Assembly (NCBI GenBank): GCA_951406725.2
Contig: OX597842.1
Location: forward strand, 29,636,001 to 29,700,000
Direction of reading: 5' to 3'
DNA from: Octopus vulgaris
Lineage: Eukaryota
Length of the DNA stretch: 64,000 nt
Shown here: piece after piece, positions 22,916 through 38,052 of the stretch
Layout of the letters: each line of letters starts with the position of its first letter
How positions within the stretch are numbered: position 1 is the first letter of the stretch
Program-made: the position numbers and the translations under genes
The notes under the pieces: model-generated
The model's database searches: none
Seen by the model: only the letters and a program-made list of their open reading frames with translations
What the model was told of the DNA's origin: nothing

Positions 22916-24086
22916 ATGTTTATGATGTGTGTGTGTATGTGTGAGTGTGATTGTGTGCGTGAGTGTGTGTGTGAGAGAGAGATGTCAGGCTTTTATTTGT
23001 CATGAAATCAAAAAGATTTAAATGGGCTTTATATAATAAGCTCCTTACGTAGGTGCGCGCGCCCCTGTATATGTGTGTGTGTGTACGTGCACGTGTGTGT
23101 AAGTACATACATACATGCACAGAGTTTTTCAAAAAATTATGAAAAGCTTACGTCGTACTAAATGAACTGAATTACATTTTGAAAGGATAAATTGTAAACA
23201 ACATTCAAGGTTACAGAAATTCGGGTCATAGTTTGGGTCATGGTGATAGTGGTGGTCCTTTTTGCAAGGAAAGGTCAGTTTTGGAGCAGTTGTAGCTGTT
23301 TAGCCCCTTTTCAGCCCAGATCTTTGAAAACCTAGAATCAAAGACACTCCAACCATGACATACTCTTTGGATTAACTTTTCACACTATCCCACCACTGGT
23401 TGAAAATATTAAGTAGCAATAATATACTGTTCCTGTTTATCTCATCTAATTCTCTTTCTCAGGTTTTGAGGCCTTGTGTAGGCTATGGGCACTGCCTTAC
23501 TTTCTTTCACTAATTAATTAGCATGCTTTATGCACAAATACTTTATATGCATATATATGTGCATCAGTCTATGATTGCTACATGCACATACTGCATGCAC
23601 ATGTATATGTTTATTTGTTTGTGTTTGTACATACATAAAAACAACACAAGAATCCCAAAATGAACTTCAATACAATATATCTCAAAATATCAAGGGGAAT
23701 ATCCAAGTGGATTTTGACATCAAATTACCAATCGAACCCCGATGGATCCAGGTACACTCCAAGGCTGGCCATTTTGCTGGTTCACAGTCTATTCAATGTG
23801 AAATTTCTTTTCATCAGTGAACAGCAGTTAGGGCAGCATGCCTTCAACAATCTCCTTGGAGAGTATTATGATTGTATTTCGGTCTAGAGTCATTATCTGA
23901 GCTATAAATCTGAATTTATTTTGTCTGAAGCAAACACAAGACACACTATCTATTGATAGTCGTTAAAGCCCAAAACTTTGGTTCCCTTAATTTCGGAACA
24001 CCTTCTATAAACTCCCAACTCACGCATTATCATTGTTTCCTTCTCTCTCCCTCCCATTCCACAATTTCTCTCTCTCACCCCCTCTC

Positions 24087-24126
<40 letters not shown>

Positions 24127-24699
24127 CTTTATTTAAAAGCAGAAGAAATATAACAAAAGCTGTTACTCAGAGTTTCACGTTCCCGTTTGTCAGACAGTTT
24201 TGTGCTTACTCCAGTAGATATATATATATATATATTAATAGTTATCGCCATACTTATATGGCAGTCTTATAAATATAAGACTAAAGCTGTCACTGATTAG
24301 CTCCAAGAGGCCACCACCTCAAGCTAGCTATTTGACAGAACCTGTGTCCATTATAAACCTTCGAACAGGGGAGGACAGCCGCTTCATCCTGCCAGTTAGA
24401 CGGCTTCAGACATGTTTCAGGGTATTTGCCCTTTATCAATGCAGCGTAGTCACACCCAGCAGGTGTCGCTACTGACTGTCCCTGTTTGAAGAATCTATTT
24501 ACCTAGTTTCAGTGGAATACATCCACTTGTTTTCAATAATAGAAATATTAAAATTACTAAGTCTCTCTAAAGGAGATTACGGCAGCGTTACTGGAAATTA
24601 ATTGTTATCGCCATACTTATATGGCAGTCTTATAAATATAAGACTAAAGCTGTCGCTGATTAGCTCCAAGAGGCCACCGCTTCAAGCTATTATCACTAT

Positions 24700-24774
24700 T
24701 TATATCAATGTTATTATTATTATTATTATTATTATTGTTATCATTATTAATATTTTTATTATTTTTATTTTTAC

Positions 24775-24817
<43 letters not shown>

Positions 24818-27060
24818 GTTATCATCATTATTAATATTATTTTTATTATTTTTATTTTTACCATTATTATTATTATTATTATTGTTGTTGTTGTTGTTAT
24901 TTCTATTGTTGATGCTATTATTACAATTATTACTATTATCTTTGTTGTTACTATTCATTCTACTCATGACTAACTTAATGTTTTTACTATTAAGTCTAGC
25001 TATTATGGTAGCCATGTTTGGGAGGGTTGAATATGAAATTCTTACTGATCTCCTAGAAATTATTTTATGATATTTATGGGAGGCTGGGAAATTTTTTTCT
25101 AGTATAGATTTAAATCTACAGTACACATTCGTCGAGATTGAACAATTAAAGGGGATATTTAGCCAAATGATATTTTCTCTTTTATATTTTTTGTATAAGT
25201 CCGAGTGGGAAGGATTTGTGTTATCAGTATTCGCACGAGAATTATTATTCCTTTTACTACTATTTTTATGCCTATCAGATTTATCTAGGCTGGCATTTTC
25301 ATATTTATTTATGATCTGGTCCCTATTTTTTATTCCTATAATTTGGTTTATACACTAGGTTTTTCATCATCATCATCATCATCATCGTTTAGCCTTCGCT
25401 TTCCATGCTAGCATGGGTTGGACGGTTCAACTGGGGTCCGGGAAGCCTGAAGGCTGCACCAGGCTCAGGTTGATCTGGCAATGTTTCTACGGCTGGATGC
25501 CCTTCCTAATGCCAACCACACCATGAGTGTAGTGGGTGCTTTTTCTTCTCCATTAATTTATGTTTATGTAGGGTATGAGAGTTATTATTACTTACGTCAT
25601 TTATATTCACTTCATTATTTGGGAGGTTTGAACTATCCTTATCGAGAAAGGGGATTTCTTGGTCATATCCCGCTTTGGATAATGCGATATTGTAATGGTT
25701 AGAGTGAGAGTTAAATATATCACTATTAGATGATAATTTTGAAATTCTTTGGGAAATATTTCTAACTAATGATTTTAGTATATTCAGGGGATGATTAGAT
25801 GATTTACTTACATATCTAGTGACCTCGCCCTCCTTTCTAAATGGGTAATGTGACTTTGAATTGAGGTCTAATGTAACATCTAGGAAATTAACTATCTTAG
25901 TGTTATGTTCATAAGTAATACCTAGGTTAAAATTTTTTTTAAATTTGTTAATTTTTCTTTTTTATCCTCTCAATACTTGATTTACTATTGCTAGGTACAA
26001 CAAACAAAGCATCGTATATAGACCACCTTGTAACTCAGGGATATCCCTGTTTATGCATTTTAATAAGTATTCTCCTACCAGATTCGTTATCTCCGCTGAG
26101 TCACTACAGCCCATAGGTATATCAAAATTATTAGGGGTATCCGCCCTAGTCCATAATTTACCTTCAAATTCAATGATAGTTTTTCTAGCTAATAGGATTA
26201 TGTCAATTTCTTCTCTAGATATGAGAGAGCGATTCATAGCAAAAATAAGCGATTTATTTAGTAGAATGGGGGATATACTTGAATAGTAATTGTTAATATC
26301 AAATTGGATACAAGAAATTCTATTAGTGTTATCTAGAGATTTAAACCAATCTATCACTTCATCTGTATTAATCCATAGACTCAAGGGGAGATTAGGAATT
26401 ATAGAGGGTAGAATATTGTCCAAAATAGATTTGCTAAGTCGGCCAATGTCCGACTTAGTTGGACATATGAGTCTTACCGAGGGGTTTTCAAAGAAATTTT
26501 TCTTATGGTCCTTAAGATTGATCCTGGGTTCACATGGTATAAGAGGCTCTGTTCTAACGGTCAGATCGTAATTCACCATAACTTTTTTGATTTCTAAATT
26601 GATCTCTCTCAAGTTTTTCTTGGTTGTTACTTTATACCTTAAGTTTAGTTCCTTTCTAATGAGTTTGCTGTGAGTCGCGTAATCCATTCTGTAAAGATTT
26701 CGAGTTTTGTCGGCTGGGACCAGGATCCCCTGTTTATTTTGAATAGATTTAATGAAATCCTTTAGATGTCAAAGGTGTGGATTGTATCTCAGTGGATGCT
26801 CCTTGAGTTTTATATTTGTGATAAGGTCCAGTAGATCTTTTTCAAAGCTTTCAAGCAATGGGTTCGAAGGTGGGCTCTTCCTACTTCTAAAAATCTTTTT
26901 GTAGTTATTATCCATGTGTGTTAATTGAGGGTCTTTTTTCTGTTTGGTATCGTAGTGGTAAGTAATCCATCTAATTCTTCGGATAAATTCATTGGTTCTG
27001 TGGACCAACAGTGATATGTATTCACCCTTACTATGTAAGGGGATTTCCTTTAAATAAAAA
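24700..27060 (-). pseudogene. Penelope-like RT, unit 2 (most divergent; retains 41 bp lost elsewhere)
   Basis: ORF 25962-26687 is continuous through VRLICPTKSDIGRLSKSILD. A 4-nt deletion falls in the YRDD region. Confidence 0.88.
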
Positions 27061-27616
27061 TTATGAGTATTCCTATATTTTTCAAATTTTAACTTTTTAT
27101 TATAATAATAATAAGAAATATACTATATAAGCCTTCAACTTAACTTTCATAGATGACTAGAAAAACTTCACTCTAAACTTAAAATTTAAATTTTTTTCTA
27201 AATCTAATCTAGTTTTAAAATTAACAAAGCTGTCCTCCAGTTATAAAATACTATGCCTACTCATAAAAATAAGTGATAGTTTTTTCTTAGTCTCTGTAAA
27301 GGAGATTAATTGACTTTTTGACACTGACCTAGCTTCTTCTCACCAAAGAGCAGTAATTGGCATTTTGTTAGTGGCAGCTTGAATTCCTTTTATGGTATTC
27401 TGAAACCTCCCTTACCCTCATTCCTGAAACTAAAAAATTCTTTATTACTTCTAATTCTTATAGCAGTTAGATACAACCATATTTTGGTCAGTTAGTGGCT
27501 GGACTTCACAACCTCATACGTTCTTAAAATTGAAATCTACATCTTTATCTGTATATCTACCTTCTCTAAAATGTTACTACTTGATTTGAAAGCTTTTGTA
27601 TTATTGGAAAACCTAT

Positions 27617-27711
27617 GTAATTGCCTGAAGAGCACTCAGCATCTTAAATCTGCTGTAATACTTACAACTTTTAATAAAATGTTGTAGTGCGAAACAATTG
27701 TACCAAATTAC
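27617..27711 (+). ncRNA. Hammerhead family C, unit 2
   Basis: Same sequence as 18240-18334. Confidence 0.75.
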
Positions 27712-27770
27712 CGGAGTCAATCTTGTTGCTTATTCATGAGGATATATATATATATATATATATACACACA

Positions 27771-27897
<127 letters not shown>

Positions 27898-28167
27898 CAT
27901 ATATATACACAAAAACACATACATAAATACATACGCACAATTGTATATACATACATACAATATCATTGTAACTCATAATTTCTTTGTAGACGACCTGAAG
28001 ATTTATGCTAAAAGTGTGAACAATGCTTAAAAACAACTGGAATTAATAACCTTTTCAGCTGAGGTGGGCAGGGAATTTGGCCAAAAGAAAAGTTCGGATT
28101 TGGTTATAGAACAAGGAAAGTCAGTACCCCAAACCCAAAACCAGTGCATCAACAGCCTTTCCCGCTT

Positions 28168-28210
<43 letters not shown>

Positions 28211-29103
28211 TTTTATGTATATACTCTTTACTCCTTTACTCTTTTACTTGTTTCAGACATTTGACTGCAGCCATGCTGGAGCACCGCCTTTTGTCGAGCA
28301 AATCAACCCCGGGACTTATTCTTTGTAAGCTCAGTACTTATTCTATCGGTCTCTTTTGCCGAACCACTAAGTGACGGGGATGTAAACACACCAACATCGG
28401 TTGTCAAGCAATGCTAGGGGGACAAACACAGACACATAAACACACATACACATATATACGACAGGCTTCTTTCAGTTTCCGTCTACCAAATCCACTTACA
28501 AATACACTTCCATAAATACATATGTACATACATACATACAGGTATAAAAACAGACATGCATACATAATTACATATATATACATACACGCATACATGTATA
28601 ACAAAATATGATAGCAGGGTGTGTAAAGTAATATTTTTAAGTTCAATGATTAACTTAAAACCAACTGGAATTAATTCCAACCTTTTCAGCTGCTATTGCT
28701 AGACAGCCGTTCATCCGACCTTTCAACAAGTCTTGTTTTTAATTTTGTTGGGTTTCAAGCAACGCTCCTCATCTGGATATCCAGGTGGGGTTGCCAGTTT
28801 AGTTGCTGACAACCCAACCATGCAACATGTTGTACTGGATTCCATGTTACCAGCAGCACTTATGAGAGCCTTGTAAGTGACCTGACATACAGACAGACAT
28901 ACATAGATACATACATATATATATATATTTGCATACTTACAAACACATACATACAGACATACATACATGCATACATGCAGACATACATACATATATACAT
29001 GCATAGATACATACATACATGCATACACACATACATACATACATACATACATACGTACATAGATGCATGCATACATACATGCATGCATGCATGCATACAT
29101 CCA

Positions 29104-29138
<35 letters not shown>

Positions 29139-30106
29139 TTGCATGCTTACAAACATACACACACATACATAAATACATATGCACATACATGCAGATTCAT
29201 ACATGCATGCAAACACACATACATACACATATATACACACATACATATGCACCACCAGTTTTAGACGTATCAGTTTTCCGATTCACTGTTTTGTCCGACA
29301 TTTGAAATCAGGATAAAAATTCTTAAAATATTTGAAACGAACTCAAAATAAAGAAACAGGATAGAAATTGATTGTTGCATAACAAAATATGATAGCAGAG
29401 TGTGTAAAGTAATATTTATGTTGACCGATTTCTCAATCACAACGTGACTAACATCTCAGGTGTGGAAATATTGGTTGACGATATGAAATTACGTGAGGTG
29501 TCTATTATTCTCGTTAATTTAAGAAAAGTGATCCTCTCTAAATTTAACAATGATTATCTTGTTGCTGGTGGTGGTGGTATTTTGTGTGTGTGTGTGTGTA
29601 TTTGATATTGTTGGCATTGTTATTGTTGTTGCCCTCTCTTCCAGTTATCTGATCAAATGGCTGAATTGCAGCCACACATATATTGTCCCTGATATACATA
29701 TGACTGCATCAAGCTGACACCATAGAGCACGGGTTCGATATGTGTTGCGGGAAATGCGGCCACGCCTACCTCTAGTGAACATTTAATTCTAGTGAGTTCT
29801 AATTTTAGGTGTTGTTGTCTAGCTCCCAGATCATCTCTATTCCAGAAATCATTTGCTTAAAGACGTTTTATCCATAACCATCCTGTTTTTTGGCTATGAG
29901 TAATGTTGAAATTACATTATCTACAATAACCTTTCTTTCTTATAACAGTTAGGCATTAGCTGAGTGAGGTTTCGCTGCTCTCTCTATCGGGTCTTCACGA
30001 TAGCCAATTGACAGCTTTGCAGTAATTGTTGCGGTTCTCTATGTTCTGAGATCAAATCCAGCTGAATTCAAATTCTTTCAGGGTCAATAGATAAACTACT
30101 AGATAG

Positions 30107-31969
30107 AAATAACTACAGGGTTATTAAACTGTTGGATCAGGTGATGAAGGTCTCAGAGAGGGACATAGTCCATCTCATTAGGGAGAGGATTTTCTTAGAT
30201 GAGATTCAGTTCAGTTTTGTGCCAGGTAGAAGCACCACGGATGCTATATTCCTGCTCCGACAACTGCAGGAGAAGTACCTAGCTAAAGATAAACCCCTCT
30301 ACATAGCTTTTATGGACTTGGAGAAAGCCTTTGACAGGGTCCCCCGATCCCTTATCTGGTGGTCGATGTGGAAACTGGAGATTGACGAATGGCTAATAAG
30401 GACTGTACAGGCCCTATACAGAGAGGCTGTCAGCAAGGTTAGAATTGGCAACGAATATAGTGAAGAATTCCGGGTAGAAGTAGGTGTACACCAAGGCTCA
30501 GCCCTCAGTCCCCTTTTATTCATCATAGTCCTCCAGGCAATAACAGAGGAATTCAAAACAGGTTGCCCCTGGTAGCTCCTCTATGCTGATGACCTGGCTC
30601 TCATAGCAGAATCACTACCGGAACTAGAAAAGAAATTTTGGGTGTGGAAGCAAGGGTTAGAATCAAAGGGCCTTAGAGTAAACGTAGCAAAGACCAAAGT
30701 TATAGTAAGCAGAAAGGCGAACTCAGCACACACACCCTTGGGCAGGTGGCCCTGCTCGATCTGTAGGAAAGGTGTAGGTAGAACCTCCATAAGATGTACC
30801 CAGTGTAAGCTATGGATGCATAAGAGGTGCAGCAACATCAAAGGGAAATTAACTGATAAGATAGCTTTCATGTGCGGCAGAGGCACAGGGACAATAGACA
30901 CGACAGATACTCAGAAAACAGATTCCATCACACTCCAGGGGGAGAAACTAGAAGTAGTTGATAGTTTCCGCTACCTGGGTGACCAAGTTAGTAGTGGAGG
31001 TGGATGCTCAGAGAGTGTTACCATTAGAATACGAATAGCCTGGGCAAAGTTTAGAAAGCTCCTACCCCTACTGGCAACAAAGGGTCTCTCGCTCAGAGTG
31101 AAAGGTAGATTGTATGATGCATGTGTGCGAACTAGCATGCTTCACGGTAGTGAAACATGGGCTGTGACTGCAGAGGACATGTGTAGACTTGAAAGAAATG
31201 AAGCTAGCATGATCCGCTGGATGTGTAATGTCAGTGTGTGTGCACGACAGAGAGTAAGCGCCCTGAGAGAAATGCTGGACATACGAAGCATCAGATGTGG
31301 TGTGCAAGAGCAACGCTTGCGATGGTATGGTCATGTACTGTGGATGGATGAGGGAGAGATGAGTGAAGAAGTGCCGCTCCCAAACAGTTGAAGGTATCGG
31401 AGAGAGAAAGACCCAGGAAGACATGGGATGAGGTAGTCAAGCATGACTTAAGATGGTTGTGCCTCACATAGGCAATGACGAAGGATCGAGATCTCTGGAG
31501 ATATGCTGTGACTGCAAAGACCCAGGCTGCTTTCTGCACCAGTTCCGCATAGCCCCTGCCCATTCAAAGTACCTTGGATACCAGAACATCCCGCTGTGCT
31601 TGGGGAGACCTATTGAGACAAGTACATGAACATCGAAATAAATATCAATGGAAATAGTAGTTGTGATACCTGTGCCAGTGGCACATGAAAAACACCATCC
31701 GAACGTGGCCGATGCCAGCGCCGCCTCGACTGGCTTCTGTGCCGGTGGCACGTTAAAAGCACCAACCGATCATGGCCAATGCCAGACTCCCCTGACACGT
31801 AAAAAAAACCCACTACACTCACGGAGTGGTTGGTGTTATGAAGGGCATCCAGCTGTAGAAACACTGCCAGATCAGACTGGGCCTTGTGCAGCCCTTGGCT
31901 TCCCAGACCCAGGTTGAACCATCCAAACCGTGCTAGTGCGGAAAACGGATGTTTAACGACGATGATGAT
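30107..31969 (+). mobile_element. 5'-truncated RTE LINE insertion, unit 3 (duplicate of unit 1 copy)
   Basis: Junctions identical to 11901-13762. It has its own stop (TAG 30573-30575) and lacks the unit 1 stop. Confidence 0.95.
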
Positions 31970-32979
31970 ATAGGTACATCACCTAAGAACTGCACTGATC
32001 CCATTAAGGGCCCAACGCACGGCATTTGGATAAATCACAGAGTTGGTCTGAGCAGAAATGTGTAGGGTGGTTGTGGTAGTGTTGATGATGCAGGTGGTGG
32101 TGGTGGTGGTGGTGGTGATGGTATAGGTTGCAGAAGTGATGGTTGTTGGGGTCATGGTGATAGTGGTGGTCCTTTTTGCAAGGAAAGGTCAGTTTTGGAG
32201 TAGTTGTAGCTGTTTAGCCACAATTCAGCCCAGGTCCTTCAAACCTAGAATCAAAGACACTCCACCCATGACATATTCTTTGGATTAACTTTTCACACTA
32301 TCCCACCACTAGTTGAAAATATTAAGTAGCAATAATATACTGTTCCTGTTTATCTCATCTAATTCTCTTTCTCAGGTTTTGAGGCCTTGTGTAGGCTATG
32401 GGCACTGCCTTACTTTCTTTCACTAATTAATTAGCATGCTTTATGCACAAATACTTTATATGCATATATATGTGCATCAGTCTATGATTGTTACATGCAC
32501 ATACTGCATGCACATGTATATGTTTATTTGTTTGTGTTTGTACATACATAAAAACAACACAAGAATCCCAAAACGAACTTCAATACAATATATCTCAAAA
32601 TAACGAGGGGAATATCCGAGTGGATTTTGACATCAAATTACCAATCGAACCCCGATGGATCCAGGTACACTCCAAGGCTGGCCATTTTGCTGGTTCACAG
32701 TCTATTCAATGTGAAATTTCTTTTCGTCAGTGAACAGCAGTTAGGGCAGCATGCCTTCAACAATCTCCTTGGTGAGTATCATGATTGTATTTCGGTCTAG
32801 AGTCATTATCTGAGCTATAAATCTGAATTTATTTGGTCTGAAGCAAACACAAGACACACTATCTATTGATAGTCATTAAAGCCCAAAACTTTGGTTCCCT
32901 TAATTTCGGAACACCTTCTATAAACTCCCAACTCACGCATTATCATTGTTTCCTTCTCTCTCCCTCCCATTCCACAATT

Positions 32980-33035
<56 letters not shown>

Positions 33036-33604
33036 CTTTATTTAAAAGCAGAAGAAATATAACAAAAGCTGTTACTCAGAGTTTCACGTTCCCGTTTGTC
33101 AGACAGTTTTGTGCTTACTCCAGTAGATATATATATATATATATTAATAGTTATCGCCATACTTATATGGCAGTCTTATAAATATAAGACTAAAGCTGTC
33201 GCTGATTAGCTCCAAGAGGCCACCACCTCAAGCTAGCTATTTGACATAACCTGTGTCCATTATAAACCTTCGAACAGGGGAGGTCAGCCGCTTCATCCTG
33301 CCAGTCAGACAGCTGCAGACATGTTTCAGGGTATTTGCCCTTTATCAATGCAGCGTAGTCACACCCAGCAGGTGTCGCTACTGACTGTCCCTGTTTGAAG
33401 AATCTATTTACCTAGTTTCAGTGGAATACATCCACTTGTTTTCAATAATAGAAATATTAAAATTACTAAGTCTCTCTAAAGGAGATTACGGCAGCGTTAC
33501 TGGAAATTAATTGTTATCGCCATACTTATATGGCAGTCTTATAAATATAAGACTAAAGCTGTCGCTGATTAGCTCCAAGAGGCCACCGCTTCAAGCTATT
33601 ATCA

Positions 33605-33689
33605 CTATTTATATCAATGTTATTATTATTATTATTATTATTATTGTTATCATCATTATTAATATTATTTTTATTATTTTTATTTTTAC

Positions 33690-33744
<55 letters not shown>

Positions 33745-35880
33745 GTTGTTGTTATTTCTATTGTTGATGCTATTATTACAATTATTACTATTATCTTTGT
33801 TGTTACTATTCATTCTACTCCTGGCTAACTTAATGTTTTTACTATTAAGTCTAGCTATTATGGTAGCCATGTTTGGGAGGGTTGAATATGAAATTCTTAC
33901 TGATCTCCTAGAAATTATTTTATGATATTTATGGGAGGCTGGGAAATTTTTCTAGTATAGATTTAAATCTACAGTACACATTCATCGAGATTGAACAATT
34001 AAAGGGGATATTTAGCCAAATGATATTTTCTCTTTTATATTTTTTGTATAAGTCCGAGTGGGAAGGATTTGTGTTATCAGTATTCGCATGAGAATTATTA
34101 TTCCTTTTACTACTATTTTTATGCCTATCAGATTTATCTTGGTTGGCATTTTCATATTTATTTATGATCTGGTCCCTATTTATATTCCTATAATTTGGTT
34201 TATACACTAGGTTTTTCATCATCATCAACATCATCATCGTTTAGCCTTCGCTTTCCATGCTAGCATGGGTTGGACGGTTCAACTGGGGTCCGGGAAGCCA
34301 GAAGGCTGCACCAGGCTCAGGTTGATCTGGCAATGTTTCTACGGCTTGATGCCCTTCCTAATGCCAACCACACCATGAGTGTAGTGGGTGCTTTTTCTTC
34401 TCCATTAATTTATGTTTATGTAGGGTATGAGAGTTATTATTACTTACGTCATTTATATTCACTTCATTATTTGGGAGGTTTGAACTATCCTTATCAAGAA
34501 AGGTGATTTCTTGGTCATATCCCGCTTTTGATAATGCGATATTGTAATGGTTAGAGTGAGAGTTAAATATATCACTATTAGATGATAATTTTGAAATTCT
34601 TTGGGAAATATTTCTAACTAATGATTTTAGTATATTCAGGGGATGATTACATGATTTACTTACATATCTAGTGACCTCACCCTCCTTTCTAAGTGGGTAA
34701 TGTGACTTTGAATTGAGGTCTAATGTAACATCTAGGAAATTAACTATGTTAGTGTTATGTTCATAAGTAATGCCTAGGTTAAAATCTTTTAAAAATTTGT
34801 TAATTTTTCTTTTTTATCCTCTCAATACTTGATTTACTATTGCTAGGTACAACCAACAAAGCATCGTACCTATATAGACCACCTTGTAACTCAGGGATAT
34901 CCCTGTTTATGCATTTTAATAAGTATGCTCCTACCAGATTCGTTATCTCCGCTGAGTCACTACAGCCCATAGGTATATCAAAATTATTGGGGGTATCCGC
35001 CCTAGTCCATAATTTACCTTCAAATTCAATGATAGTTTTTCTAGCTAATAGGATTATGTCAATTTCTTCTCTAGATATGAGAGAGCGATTCATAGCAAAA
35101 ATAAGCGATTTATTTAGTAGAATGGGGGATATACTTGAATAGTAATTGTTAATATCAAATTGGATACAAGAAATTCTATTAGTGTTATCTAGAGATTTAA
35201 ACCAATCTATCACTTCATCTGTATTAATCCATAGACTCAAGGGGAGATTAGGAATTATAGAGGGTAGAATATTGTCCAAAATAGAGTCTTACAGAGGGGT
35301 TTTCAAAGAAATTTTTCTTATGGTCCTTAAGATTGATCCTGGGTTCACATGGTATAAGAGGCTCTGTTCTAATGGTCAGATCGTAATTCACCATAACTTT
35401 TTTGATTTCTAAATTGATCTCTCTCAAGTTTTTCTTGGTTGTTACTTTATACCTTAAGTTTAGTTCCTTTCTAATGAGTTTGCTGTGAGTCGCGTAATCC
35501 ATTCTGTAAAGATTTCGAGTTTTGTCGGCTGGGACCAGGATCCCCTGTTTATTTTGAATAGATTTAATGAAATCCTTTAGATGTCAAAGGTGTGGATTGT
35601 ATCTCAGTGGATGCTCCTTGAATTTTATATTTGTGATAAGGTCCAGTAGATGTTTGTCAAAGCTTTCAAGCAATGGATTCGGAGGTGGGCTCTTCCTACT
35701 TCTAAAAATCTTTTTCTAGTTATTATCCAGGTGTGTTAGTTGAGGGTCGTTTTACTGTTTGGTATCGTAGTGGTAAGTAATCCATCTAATTCTTCGGATA
35801 AATTCATTGGTTCTGTGGACCAACAGTGATATGTATTCGCCCTTACTACGTAAGGGGATATCCTTTAAATAAAAATTATG
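33605..35880 (-). pseudogene. Penelope-like RT, unit 3
   Basis: Near-identical to the unit 1 copy (ORFs 34800-35279 and 35248-35502). Confidence 0.88.
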
Positions 35881-36424
35881 AGTATTCCTATATTTTTCAA
35901 ATTTTAACTTTTTATTATAATAATAGGAAATATACTATATAAGCCTTCAACTTAACTTTCATAGATGACTAGAAAAACTTCAGTGTGAAATTGAAATTTT
36001 TTTCTAAATCTAATCTAGTTTTAAAATTAACAAAGCTGCCCCCCAGTTATAAAATACTATGCCTACTCATAAAAATAAGTGATAGTTTTTTTCTTAGTCT
36101 CTGTAAAGGAGATTAATTGACCTTTTGACACTGACCTAGCTTCTTCTCACCAAAGAGCAGTAATTGGCATTTTGTTAGTGGCAGTTTGAATTCCTTTTAT
36201 GGTATTCTGAAACCTCCCTTACCCTCATTCCTGAAACTAAAAAAATTCTTTATTACTTCTAATTCTTATAGCAGTTAGATACAACCATATTTTGGTCAGT
36301 TAGTGGCTGGACTTCACAACCTCATATGTTCTTAAAATTGAAATCTACATCTTTATCTGTATATCTACCTTCTCTAAAATGTTACTACTTGATTTGAAAG
36401 CTTTTGTATTATTGGAAAACCTAT

Positions 36425-36519
36425 GTAATTGCCTGAAGAGCACTCAGCATCTTAAATCTGCTGTAATACTTACAACTTTTAATAAAATGTTGTAGTGCGA
36501 AACAATTGTACCAAATTAC
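36425..36519 (+). ncRNA. Hammerhead family C, unit 3
   Basis: Same sequence as 18240-18334. Confidence 0.75.
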
Positions 36520-36547
36520 CGGAGTCAATCTTGTTGCTTATTCATGA

Positions 36548-36600
<53 letters not shown>

Positions 36601-36608
36601 TATATATA

Positions 36609-36661
<53 letters not shown>

Positions 36662-36931
36662 CATATATATACACAAAAACACATACATAAATACATACGC
36701 ACAATTGTATATACATACATACAATATCATTGTAACTCATAATTTCTTTGTAGACGACCTGAAGATTTATGCTAAAAGTGTGAACAATGCTTAAAACCAA
36801 CTGGAATTAATAACCTTTTCAGCTGAGGTGGGCATGGAATTTGGCCAAAAGAAATGTTCAGATTTGGTTATAGAACAAGGAAAGTCAGTACCCCGAACCC
36901 AAAACCAGTGCATCAACAGCCTCTCCCGCTT

Positions 36932-36982
<51 letters not shown>

Positions 36983-38017
36983 TTTTACGTATATACTCTT
37001 TACTCCTTTACTCTTTTACTTGTTTCAGACATTTGACTGCAGCCATGCTGGAGCACCGCCTTTTGTCGAGCAAATCAACCCCAGGACTTATTCTTTGTAA
37101 GCCCAGTACTTATTCTATCGGTCTCTTTTGCCGAACCGCTAAGTTTACTGTTTTGTTTCAGTCATTTGACTGCGGCCATGCTGGAGCACCGCCTTTTGTC
37201 GAGCAAATCAACCCCGGGACTTATTCTTTGTAAGCTCAGTACTTATTCTATCGGTCTCTTTTGCCGAACCACTAAGTGACGGGGACGTAAACACACCAAC
37301 ATCGGTTGTCAAGCAATGCTAGGGGGACAAACACAGACACATACACACACATACACATATATACGACAGGCTTCTTTGAGTTTCCATCTACCAAATCCAC
37401 TTACAAATACACTTCCATAAATACATATGTACATACATACATACAGGTATAAAAACAGACATGCATACATAATTACATATCTATACATACATGCATACAT
37501 GTATAACAAAATATGATAGCAGAGTGTGTAAAGTAATATTTAAGTTGAATGATTAACTTAAAACCAACTGGAATTAATTCCAACCTTTTCAGCTGCTATT
37601 GCTAGACAGCCATTCATCCGACCTTTCAACAGGTCTTGTTTTTAATTTTGTTGGGTTTCTAGCAATGCTCCGCATATGGATATCCAGGTGGGGTTGCCAG
37701 TTTAGTTGCTGACAACCCAACCATGCAACTGGTTGTACTGGATTCCATGTTACCAGCAGCACTTATGAGAGCCTTGTAAGTGACCTGACATACAGACAGA
37801 CATACATAGATACATACATATATATATATATTTGCATACATACAAAGACATACATACAGACATACATACATGCATACATGCAGACATACATACATATATA
37901 CATGCATAGATACATACATACATGCATACACACATACATACATACATACATACATAGATACGTACATACATGCATGCATGCATGCATACATACATGCATG
38001 CATGCATGCATACATCA

Positions 38018-38052
<35 letters not shown>

